A DNA stretch of 63,801 nucleotides, the filler included, from Octopus bimaculoides (lineage: Eukaryota): assembly GCF_001194135.2 (NCBI RefSeq). It is 7 parts of 7 records of this genome, joined end to end, with 100 filler letters (N's around TTAATTAATTAA, not from the genome) between each part and the next. Parts side by side here need not be neighbours in the genome. Positions count along the whole stretch, not along the records: positions 49,522 to 56,615 come from NC_069010.1; positions 56,716 to 60,384 come from NC_068989.1; positions 60,485 to 62,609 come from NW_026362932.1; 4 more parts are not named here. The stretch is one strand, 5' to 3'. The notes below the pieces were generated by a model. It searched no databases. It saw nothing but the letters and a program-made list of their open reading frames with translations, and was not told the DNA's origin. Within the stretch, counting starts at the first letter, position 1, and every line of letters begins with the position of its first letter. Below, piece after piece: positions 51,694 through 61,654 of the stretch. The position numbers and the translations under genes were made by a program.

Positions 51694-52107
51694 CAGGTTG
51701 CGTTGGGTAAACTGTTACCATTCTATATTTTTAATTTTGCACATGTACGTTGTTTGTTTATGATTTTGTCGACTACACAGTATAGTAGGGTCAGATGGGT
51801 ACTGTCTGTCAAAAAAACAGCACTATGATGCAATTCACCCTGCCAGAAATTTGGAAATGACATACTGTATTGCTTGACATTCACACTGGAAGCTCCAATA
51901 TGAACATTTCAGAGAGTTTGGGTGTCAATCTGAGGACAGTGCAAAGGATTCGGAAAGAGATGGATGAGTCTAATGGTGATTATGATGGTATGGCAGCTCA
52001 GAAAACTCATTCTGATAAGAAAAGAACTCCTCAATTTGTTGGTGAGAATCAGGCCTTGATTGACAACGACCCCTCCAAGTCAATCAGGTCCATTGCCAGG
52101 GACATGT
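51694..52107 (+). mobile_element. Tc1/mariner 5' part (TIR plus HTH region)
   Basis: TA-CAGGTTGCGTTGGGTAA terminus; ISESLGVNLRTVQRIRKE HTH-like segment; aligns with 28290-28458 (-). Confidence 0.85.
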
Positions 52108-52895
52108 AAACAAGATTAATATTAATAAATTATAAGGAAACAATTATAAAAAAGTTATATAAAAAGAAATCCTTATGCATTNNNNNNNNNNNNNNNNNNN
52201 NNNNNNNNNNNNNNNNNNNNNNNNNNNNNNNNNNNNNNNNNNNNNNNNNNNNNNNNNNNNNNNNNNNNNNNNNNNNNNNNNNNNNNNNNNNNNNNNNNTA
52301 TATAACTAGCTGATTTACCTGGTAATTCCCGGAAAAGCAGGGCTTATCTCTTGGTTCCATTCTTATAATTGTTTCGCTAATCCAAAAACATCAATACAAG
52401 GTGTGTAGCCCTTAAAACGGTTTTTGTGCATTTACAGAGAATACTGAAGTGTTTTACACAGGATCTTGTCTTTAGGAATTCCCAATAAGTTATGAATACC
52501 CAAATTTTGAAGTCAGTTATGTAATAGCAGGAAATTAGTCACCTGGTTGTAAGAATTCAAATAAAGTAGCCCCGAAAAGGGCTTTAATGCGTTCCCTGGG
52601 TATATAAACATAGAAGGAAATACTAATAAGGTATGTATGCGAAAATCGTGAAGCATGTTATGTAATCAGATATGAGATAATAACAATTCAGAGTAAATAA
52701 CTCTGAAAAGGGCTTTTGTGTTCCCAGAGAATATTACCCTCAGTGGTGCTAGTGTTGGTATATTCGTGAATAAGTCACTAACCAAATTAAGTGGATCTAT
52801 TGCTTCTTACCACACAGCCACTCCTCGGCATTCGCCATGATAGATCGCTGACCACTACATTTATATTTTTTTTTCTCTTTGTTTCTTTCTGTGTT

Positions 52896-52933
52896 CCTTT
52901 CTAACGAAGAGCGTAGGCTCGAAACGTCAAAGA
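52896..52933 (+). ncRNA. Minimal type I hammerhead motif with G5A core change
   Basis: cttt-CUAACGA-a-gagc(gtag)gctc-GAAA-c-GUC-aaag; palindromic ACGU stem III; followed by a T-rich segment and (TA)n. Confidence 0.65.
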
Positions 52934-53053
52934 CTTTCTCAATTCCCGACATTAAACTAATACATCCATTTGTTGTTTACACCACCTGTCTTCGTCTGTT
53001 GTTTTCTTCGTAAATTCTCCCATATATATATATATATATATATATATGTTAAT

Positions 53054-53278
53054 CAAAATTTAGGTTAGTTAAAATATGTTTGTGACATATTTCAACTGCT
53101 AAAATGCAAATATACTGCAGTTACTGTGGAGAGAAAAATCTCTCTTTTATGGCAAAAGGTTTACATCTTTCACACACTTTATAAGAAGAGAGATATTTTT
53201 TCTCCATGGTAACTGCAGTACATTTGCCTTTACCAGTTGAAATATGTCACAAACATATTTTAACTAACCTAAATTTTG
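53054..53278. mobile_element. Palindromic MITE-like element (~90-bp arms)
   Basis: caaaatttaggttagttaaaatatgtttgtgacatatttcaactg is inverted at 53234-53278. Confidence 0.8.
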
Positions 53279-53599
53279 CTTATGCCTAAACACTGCTTAG
53301 CGCTAATGTGTTAATGTTTGTTTTTGTTCAGTTATTATAAAAACCGTCATACATTGATCTGATGGGTTACTCTATACTTTTGTAGAGTACAAATTTATTA
53401 TTTTTAAAAAAGAATGTTGTTGACAATGGTCTTGAAATTTCATCTAGTTAAGCCATTGTCTGACTTCAAAGTCACTGTGAACAACGCTTTAAGAATGATA
53501 CACACACACATATATAGTCCTCAAGAAGACCCATTCTCCAAAGGAGAAGCGTTCAGGCTGCTCCCCCTTGTGTAGAAGATTGTCCTTCAAGAATCCTGC

Positions 53600-53785
53600 A
53601 TTGGTGCCATGTAAAAAAAGTACCTGCACCAATAGCACATTAAAAGCCCCCAGCTCACACACTGAAAAGTGGTTGGCATTAGGAAGGGCATCCAACAGTA
53701 GAAACCAAGCCAAATCAGACTGGAACCTGGTGCAGCTCTCCAGTCTTGCCAGCTCTGGTCAAACCGTCCAACCCATGCCAGCATA
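53600..53785 (+). mobile_element. RTE 3'-UTR fragment
   Basis: gttggcattaggaagggcatccaac..gtccaacccatgccagcat. Confidence 0.75.
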
Positions 53786-53838
53786 GATATATAAACACTG
53801 AACATACATACATATATAAACACTGAACTACTATATAA

Positions 53839-53902
<64 letters not shown>

Positions 53903-53922
53903 CATCTTATATTATATATTAT

Positions 53923-54093
53923 TTTAAGGGCATCACTACATGTAAATGCCTCACACTATAAGCGACTCAAAAGTCAAAACGACTTTAATAAATATACTGT
54001 ACCACTGTGGTATACTGTATATGTATTCAAGTAGTTTTGACTTTAAGAGTCTCTTATACCGTGAGGCATTTACGTGTAGTAATGCCCCTTAAT
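53923..54093. mobile_element. Near-complete palindromic MITE-like element
   Basis: ttaagggcatcactacatgtaaatgcctcac.. / ..gtgaggcatttacgtgtagtaatgccccttaa with almost no spacer. Confidence 0.8.
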
Positions 54094-54199
54094 ATAATAA
54101 CTATTTAAAGCGAATTATTAAATATTTTGTATAAATTTTCCCCTTAACTGGGTTTTCACGCTGGCTACTTGATAAATTCTTACATAAATTTTATCCTTA

Positions 54200-54550
54200 T
54201 TTTTTTTTTAGGCCCCCCACCTTCGGTCATGACTGACCATGGGATTGCACCTAGAAAGTTACTCTCCGAGGTACAAGTCCGAGCAAGGTTGTTTATGGAA
54301 GACCAGCAGTCACCCATGCATACCGGTCTCCCCTCGCCACGCCACTGATGTTATCCAAGGGAAAGGCAAAGGCCGACACAGCTTGGCACCAGTGATGTCA
54401 CAACTCATTTCTATAGCTGAGCGAACTGGACTAATAAAGTGAAATAAAGTGTCTTGCTCGAGAACACAACACACAGCCCGGTCCAATAATCGAACTCACA
54501 ACCTCACGATCGTAAGTTCGACGTTCTAACCACTGAACCATGCGTCTTCA
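54200..54550 (-). mobile_element. Fourth SINE type
   Basis: Head ctaaccactgaaccatgcgtc at right; core aaagtgtcttgctcgagaacac; aligns with 38945-39250. Confidence 0.8.
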
Positions 54551-54571
54551 CATATCCTTATATATATATAT

Positions 54572-54862
54572 CATCATCATCATCGTTTAACGTCTGCTTT
54601 CCATGCTAGCATGGGTTGGACGACTTGACTGAGGACTGGTGAAACCGGATGGCAACACCAGGCTCCAATCTAAATTTGGCAGAGTTTCTACAGCTGGATG
54701 CCCTTCCTAACGCCAACCACTCAGAGAGTGTAGTAGGTGCTTTTACGTGTCACCTGCACGAAGGCCAGTCAGGCGATACTGGCAACGGCCACGCTCGAAA
54801 TGGTGTCTTTTATGTGCCACCCGCACAAGCCAGCCCAGGGGCACTGGCAACGATCTCGCTCA
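54572..54862 (-). mobile_element. RTE 3' end fragment, CpG-retaining
   Basis: (cat)n-cgtttaacgtctgctttccatgctagc..ggcactggcaacgatctcgctc. Confidence 0.85.
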
Positions 54863-55359
54863 CATATATATATATATATATATATATATTCTGTAGTTAA
54901 CTGCTGACATCACTAAGGTGTTAGACCACGACGGGGCCAATGTTACAAGCAGTCACAGACATCATCTTCCTTAAGCCTGCAGGGCATTCGGTGTGTGACC
55001 CCTGGAATGCAAGAGACGGCTGTGCCAGGTCTTAGCTTGTTCTGGTTTTAGCTGAGTCGACTGGCAGTGTGAAATGCAGGGCTTTGCTTATGGACATAGT
55101 ACCTACCCAGTCGAGGAATTGAACTCACGGTCTCATGATCTTGAACCTAACATACTAATACACTAAACTAATTACGTATAGATAAAACAGGGCATTAGCT
55201 GAGTTGATTCTCAACCGAGTGTAAGGGAGAGAACTCTGATTCAACTGGTGTGAAACTTCGATTTTTGTGGGGAAAGCCATGGATTTTTTGAAAAGCAATT
55301 CTGCAAAAGAAATGGTGGTTGATGATGACAGAGATACTGCATTTCTCAGAATACAAATC

Positions 55360-55417
55360 GGTAATTTTATTTGCGGTGGGGGTGAAAATCGTGCGGTTGT
55401 TAACCTGAAAAATTACC
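55360..55417. mobile_element. 58-bp Merlin-type mini-element
   Basis: GGTAATTTT..right TIR gtgaaaatcgtgcggttgttaacctgaaaaaTTACC; 8-bp flanks tacaaatc/tacgaatc. Confidence 0.7.
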
Positions 55418-55425
55418 TACGAATC

Positions 55426-55780
55426 TTATGTAAGGCGGCGAGCTATCATAGGATCGCGATTTCGATTCCCAGACCGGGCTTTGCGAGTGTTTATTGAGCG
55501 AAAAACACCTAAAAGCTGCACGAGTCTCCGGCAGGGGATGGTGGCGGACCCTGCTGTACTCTTTCACCACAGCTTTCTCTCACTCTTACTTCTTGTTTCT
55601 GTTGTACCTGTAATTCAAAGGGGTCAGCCTTGTCACACTCTGTGTCATGCTGAATATCCCCAGAGAACTACGTGTCTGTGGAGTGCTCAGCCACTTGCAC
55701 GTTAATTTCACGAGCAGGCTGTTCCGATGATCGGATCAACTGGAACCCTCGTCGCCGTAAGCGACGGAGTGCCAACAACA
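55426..55780 (+). mobile_element. Third SINE family copy with (aac)n end
   Basis: Aligns with 35060-35443 (-). Confidence 0.85.
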
Positions 55781-55869
55781 TATATATACATACATACACA
55801 CTTAAATAAACACATACACAGATAGAGTGGTAGTTTTCTTCTCTATTCCTGTTCTGTTTTATGTCATTG

Positions 55870-56050
55870 GAAGGGTCAGCCTTGTCACACTGTGTCACGC
55901 TGAATATCCCCCCGAGAACTACGTTAAGGGTACACGTCTCTGCGGAGTGGTCAGCCACTTGCACGTTAATTTCACGAGCAGGCTGTTCCGTTGATCGGAT
56001 CGACTGGAACCCTCGACGTCGTAAGCGACGGAGTGCCAACAACAAACAAC
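55870..56050 (+). mobile_element. Third SINE family 3' half
   Basis: gggtcagccttgtcacac..cgtaagcgacggagtgccaacaac. Confidence 0.85.
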
Positions 56051-56065
56051 AAATCCTGGAAGAGG

Positions 56066-56240
56066 TTTGTAGATCCGACGAATAACGACGTCCATGTGCA
56101 AAATGTGGAGAATACGTGGATGCCGGTAAAAAGAATATAAAGCCTTTAATTTGGAATGTCAGACAATTTATTCGTTTCATATGGAGGAATACCATACCAA
56201 AGAAAAAGACTTTTGTTCCCTCCATGGTGGCTTATGGCCA
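56066..56240 (+). pseudogene. Merlin/IS1016 (ISXO2-type) transposase C-terminal relic
   Basis: FVDPTNNDVHVQNVENTWMPVKR, then frameshifted FIRFIWR, matching FVDP..HTQxIExxW and EFxWR motifs by eye. Confidence 0.6.
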
Positions 56241-56506
56241 ATGTCTACGTTGTTTAACAGTAAGTTGACTTATTTATCTCCATATACTGAAAGATTATCT
56301 CTCATTTGCATCTCTGATATAGTTTTTGTAAGGTTGTGAACAATCATAAAAATTCCTTTTTTCCTTTAAGTCAAAAACTGCAGTAAATATTCTTAATTGA
56401 GCCGAGGCGGGAGACCTTTGTACGGTGGCTAAACCTTAAAAAAATAATGGCTAAATATTTCTCAGATCATACCCTCCTGTCTAAATGTACCATATTTTCC
56501 GACATA

Positions 56507-56595
56507 CAGGGTGTCCATAAAGTCTGGGTACATTGGGAGATTAACACATACTTTAAGAAATTATTATTTCTTATATTAATTGTTTATGTTATGAT
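56507..56595 (+). mobile_element. Tc1-like MITE end running into gap
   Basis: TA-CAGGGTGTCCATAAAGTC terminus. Confidence 0.55.
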
Positions 56596-56936
56596 TTTAT
56601 TTACTCCATGTACCCNNNNNNNNNNNNNNNNNNNNNNNNNNNNNNNNNNNNNNNNNNNNTTAATTAATTAANNNNNNNNNNNNNNNNNNNNNNNNNNNNN
56701 NNNNNNNNNNNNNNNTAAGTCTTGCTAGGTGAAAACCAACTAAAAAAGAAAGCGTTACAACGAAAAAACCCTTATGATGTAAATATGTTCATAATTCAAA
56801 AGATGATGAAATTAATAGGGAAAGTCTGAAGGCTGTTTTGCGTAACATTATTAAGCGTGCGTAAATTTCATCCGTCTAATTGGCTATAGAAATGCTTGTG
56901 TAAAACAAATTTTTGCGCTGCCCTGATTATACATAC

Positions 56937-57121
56937 CAGGAGCTAGGACGGCAATTTGTGATGAAGCAATTGCTGGCGATCTGTTGCTACACAGTTTTGC
57001 CAGAATTCTATCAGATTGGGCAGAAGATGTTGATGCACCATATTGCATTATGTTCAAAGTAGCTTCTGAAATGTGGTTAATTGTTGCTGTCATTTTAAAC
57101 CGGTTGCTTTCTTTCCCCAAT
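56937..57121 (-). CDS. Candidate 185-bp internal coding exon of an unknown gene
   Basis: tacatag| acceptor, G|GTATGT donor; the only open frame is LGKESNRFKMTATINHISEATLNIMQYGASTSSAQSDRILAKLCSNRSPAIASSQIAVLAP (61 codons, phase 2 to phase 1). Confidence 0.5.
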
Positions 57122-57188
57122 CTATGTATATATTAAACAGAACAACAAAAGTTATAATAGATGGCAGGGTCGGTACTTTTCACATATC

Positions 57189-57432
57189 TGTAATTTTTCA
57201 GATTAACACCCGCACGATTACCCAACCCTAATCCTAAACCTAATCCTAACACTAACCCTAACACTAACCCTAAACCCTAACCCTAACACCCTAAAACCCT
57301 AACCCTAAAAATGTAACCGTAACACTAACCCTAACCATAACTCTAACCCTAAACCCTAACCCTAACCCTAAAACCGTAACCGTAACACTAATCCTAACCC
57401 TAACACCGTAGTGAAAATCGTGGTATATTTAC
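57189..57432. mobile_element. Merlin-type element with (CCCTAA)-like array
   Basis: Left TIR gtaatttttcagattaacacccgcacgat; ~190 bp of degenerate CCCTAA; partial right TIR gtgaaaatcgtg. Confidence 0.65.
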
Positions 57433-58656
57433 AAAACATTGACGAACATGAGTTATATTTTACTGAATGATTGTGTACTTGCACGTGTATGTGTTTGAGA
57501 GGAAGAGAAAGGAATAGAGGTAGTTAAAAGTTTTCTTATGACGGCTTCTCTTCACTGCTTATTACTTCATTAGAAATCTATGGATGCACTTAAGCACATA
57601 ATAGAGAAAAATGAAACAAATATGGACGACTTGCTCTGAAACACTGAGTGGGGAACACTTCTCAAAAATAACCTGCAGTTTGTTTCCTTCAAAATTCCTA
57701 CATGCTCGAAATGTACATACATCAAGGTATATTTGTAGAAAATTTCACGAAAAAATATTCAATTTCCTGGAATTNNNNNNNNNNNNNNNNNNNNNNNNNN
57801 NNNNNNNNNNNNNNNNNNNNNNNNNNNNNNNNNNNNNNNNNNNNNNNNNNNNNNNNNNNNNNNNNNNNNNNNNNNNNNNNNNNNNNNNNNNNNNNNNNNN
57901 NNNNNNNNNNNNNNNNNNNNNNNNNNNNNNNNNNNNNNNNNNNNNNNNNNNNNNNNNNNNNNNNNNNNNNNNNNNNNNNNNNNNNNNNNNNNNNNNNNNN
58001 NNNNNNNNNNNNNNNNNNNNNNNNNNNNNNNNNNNNNNNNNNNNNNNNNNNNNNNNNNNNNNNNNNNNNNNNNNNNNNNNNNNNNNNNNNNNNNNNNNNN
58101 NNNNNNNNNNNNNNNNNNNNNTTTTACGTATCAATGTTATGAAAAATAGGTAAAGAATACTGAGAAGAAAGTTTAATCTATGACGTTGTATGTATCACTT
58201 TCTCTCTCTGTTGAGCGCATGTGTAAGAACGCTGTTCCAGGTAGAAGGGAAGAAATATAAAAGTTACTAGAAACAACAGCTAAATCTCCCTTAAATCACA
58301 CAAAGTAAACGGAATTTTAAAAATCTAATTACTGCACTGGAAAGTTCACATCGAGAAAATTCCATTGATGTAAATTCTTTTACGAAAAAGTGGAAAATGT
58401 GGATTTCTATACACTTTTAAAAAGGCTTCACACAGACACACAACTTCAGCTTTATATATTCAGATACACACACACACACACACTAAGCAATGGGTATGTA
58501 TGCATATTTCAAGAGTTATTGCTCTTTCATCGACACAACATCCAACTATTCACAAACACATTGCTTAGCAGTGTAACACTAATGGATAGACCAATATACA
58601 TATCAAACACATTCCTGGCAGCTGGTACATAAATATTAATCACTAGTAAGGACACA

Positions 58657-59182
58657 GCATTTCGTTTTGCAGCCATAATATACTACCAAGTATATTAAAG
58701 ATTTACAAGTCAATATTGTGTCATACTTTTTGTGTTAGCGGTGCGATATTCTCATTTTAGGTGATAAACTATAGAGTTTCTAGAGAATTCAGAGTCAGCA
58801 CTATAGGTTACAACGTTTCATCTATAACTACGGCTATGTAAACAGTGCAGTCGAAGATTACAAAAAAAAGTAAGGTAATAGGTATATATGCCTATTTCAA
58901 GAGTTATTGCTCTTTCATCTGTGCCACATCCAACCCATCAACTACCCAAGAACTCATTGCTTAAATACCCACTAAGTTTAGCGGTGTAACTCTAATGGAT
59001 AGACCGATTTACGTATTCGTATACGAAACGTCGTAACTTACAGTGCTGGCTCTGAAATCTGTAGAAAATCTATAGTTTATCACTTAAAAATGAGAATATC
59101 GCACTGCTAACACAAAATGTAATACGCGATATAAACTTGTAAATCTTTTTAAACATATTATGGTTGCAAAACGAAATAGTGC
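58657..59182. mobile_element. Foldback/MITE with ~165-bp terminal inverted repeats
   Basis: atttcgttttgcagccataat..gtgcgatattctcatttt..gtgataaactataga..cagcact is inverted at 59025-59182. Confidence 0.8.
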
Positions 59183-59639
59183 CTAATCAATACACACACT
59201 TATAAATATATTGTTTGCTTCTCGTTACTGCCATTTTCATTTCCTTATGCGCATGCTCAACCAGATGTTGACTGCTTGCTGCCATTAGCGAAGATTTGTT
59301 TTTATGTCACCTTTCATTGAATCAACTTCAAACCCTAGTTTGTGACAGTGGGTCTTAGTATTTGGAATTATGGATACTACTTTTAATGGTAAGTCAGCTG
59401 TAACCGGTTTATTTCCAATTTTGCATTTATATTATTGAATACAGCGAAAAAGATATTTTATGTAACTATGCAATTGCAAATATTAACTTTTTAGAGCTTG
59501 TGCGCTTACAAAAAATGTTGTCACTTCCAGTTGTTGGAATTTATAGTTTTAGGGTAAAATTTGTTGTAGTTGTTTTCCTTCGTATAAATGTTTACAAGTA
59601 GATTTTCAACACAAAGTTGGTCTTTAATTTGAACCAGCG

Positions 59640-59930
59640 AGACTAGGTAGAATCCCTTTCTGTATAGTTATATCGTGTCGAAGCCAATCTAAAGTGAATA
59701 TATAAAAGCGTGGAATTATTGGTGGCAATCAATCGCTTTGGGTCTCAGAATTGTCAAGTTCGTTCGTTAGTTTCCATGCGTAACTGCACGTGTTGTCAAC
59801 TGTAAACAGACGGGCTGTTATAACTAATACAGCTTTTTCGACGTTGATCTCGTTTTCTTCTTGGAGATTTACGGATTTTAAATACACAAATGAATCGGGT
59901 AAGAACGAACCCTAGCCGCATACACATATA
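59640..59930 (+). promoter_or_regulatory. CpG-rich unique segment ending in a consensus splice donor (possible first exon/promoter)
   Basis: Locally high CpG; ATG AAT CGG|GTAAGA at 59890-59904. Confidence 0.25.
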
Positions 59931-60689
59931 TGCACAAAAATGCATGCATGCATACATACATACATACATAACTCGCACATTATAAATATGCAAAGCATTT
60001 TCTCAAGTTTAAAATGCGACATTGTTTTTGTTATCTACATTCCACACACATGCATACAAAAAAGTATGCACATGTATGTATGTGCGTGTATATGAAAGAT
60101 AATGGGTGTACGTGTTTTTGTGTGCTGAATACAAATGCATAATACAACACGCTCGCACACACGTACACCCATTAATTTTGATATACACGTACATACATAA
60201 ATACACACACATGTTCAACCATTATTTTTCATGTACACGTACATACAACCATTACACACACATGTACAACCATTATATTTCTTTTACATGTACATACATA
60301 AATACACACACATGTTCAACCATTATTTTTCATGTACACGTACATACAACCATTACACACACATGTACAACCATTATATTTCTTNNNNNNNNNNNNNNNN
60401 NNNNNNNNNNNNNNNNNNNNNNNNNNNNTTAATTAATTAANNNNNNNNNNNNNNNNNNNNNNNNNNNNNNNNNNNNNNNNNNNNTCCCCTCCTCACCTCC
60501 TCCTCCTGCCCCTCCATTACTGCCGTTGTCGTCGTCGTCGTCGTCGTCCTCCTCCTCCTCCTCATTATTATTATAATTTGGATTATTGTTTTGGTCATCT
60601 TCATTGACACTGAGGTCTACCATACGTACCACTTGAGCACTGAGTTCCAAATAGTCGAAGAGACCATTCTTCAACGTTTAGCGCCTGGT

Positions 60690-60900
60690 GCCTGAGCTGG
60701 CAGAAACGTTAGCAAGCCGGGCGAAATGCTTAGCGTTACGTTCTGAGTTCAAATTCCGCCGAGGTCGACTTTGCCTTTTATCCTTTCGGGGTCGATTAAA
60801 TAAGTACCAGTTACGCACTGGGGTCGATGTAATCGACTTAATCCGTTTGTCTACCCTTGTTTGTCCCCTCTATGTTTAGCTCCCTGTGGTCAATAAAGAA
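60690..60900 (+). mobile_element. Second SINE family, near-intact copy with (aat)n tail
   Basis: gagctggcagaaacgttagc A-box-like, gagttcaaattcc B-box-like, gactttgccttttatcctttcggggtcga domain. Confidence 0.9.
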
Positions 60901-61557
60901 ATAATAATAATAATAATAATAATTATTATTATTATTATTATTAACATTATTATTATTATTATCAACATTATTATTTTTACTGCGGTAAATATTAGAATCG
61001 TAAGCAGGCTTAGCTACTAACAATATCCTTCATTATATAGATAGATAGATAGATNNNNNNNNNNNNNNNNNNNNNNNNNNNNNNNNNNNNNNNNNNNNNN
61101 NNNNNNNNNNNNNNNNNNNNNNNNNNNNNNNNNNNNNNNNNNNNNNNNNNNNNNNNNNNNNNNNNNNNNNNNNNNNNNNNNNNNNNNNNNNNNNNNNNNN
61201 NNNNNNNNNNNNNNNNNNNNNNNNNNNNNNNNNNNNNNNNNNNNNNNNNNNNNNNNNNNNNNNNNNNNNNNNNNNNNNNNNNNNNNNNNNNNNNNNNNNN
61301 NNNNNNNNNNNNNNNNNNNNNNNNNNNNNNNNNNNNNNNNNNNNNNNNNNNNNNNNNNNNNNNNNNNNNNNNNNNNNNNNNNNNNNNNNNNNNNNNNNNN
61401 NNNNNNNNNNNNNNNNNNNNNNNNNNNNNNNNNNNNNNNNNNNNNNNNNNNNNNNNNNNNNNNNNNNNNNNNNNNNNNNNNNNNNNNNNNNNNNNNNNNN
61501 NNNNNNNNNNNNNNNNNNNNNNNNNNNNNNNNNNNNNNNNNNNNNNNNNNNNNNNNN

Positions 61558-61654
<97 letters not shown>

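Noticed and set aside
52300-52750. Possible Helitron-like element starting actagctga
   Set aside because: Only the 5' word resembles such elements; no 3' hairpin/CTRR end identified.
54624-54650. CUGAGGA-cuggu-GAAA in antisense RTE 3'-UTR, and CUGAUGA-cu-GAAA in a SINE tail near 3332
   Set aside because: No room for stem II and no stem I/NUH arrangement; chance core-like words.
60185-60383. Near-exact tandem duplications beside gaps (also 62710-62930)
   Set aside because: Adjacent to contig ends, so they could be mis-merged overlaps; need read support.
60690-60760. tRNA genes at SINE heads
   Set aside because: Only A/B-box-like remnants fused to SINE bodies; no complete cloverleaf seen.
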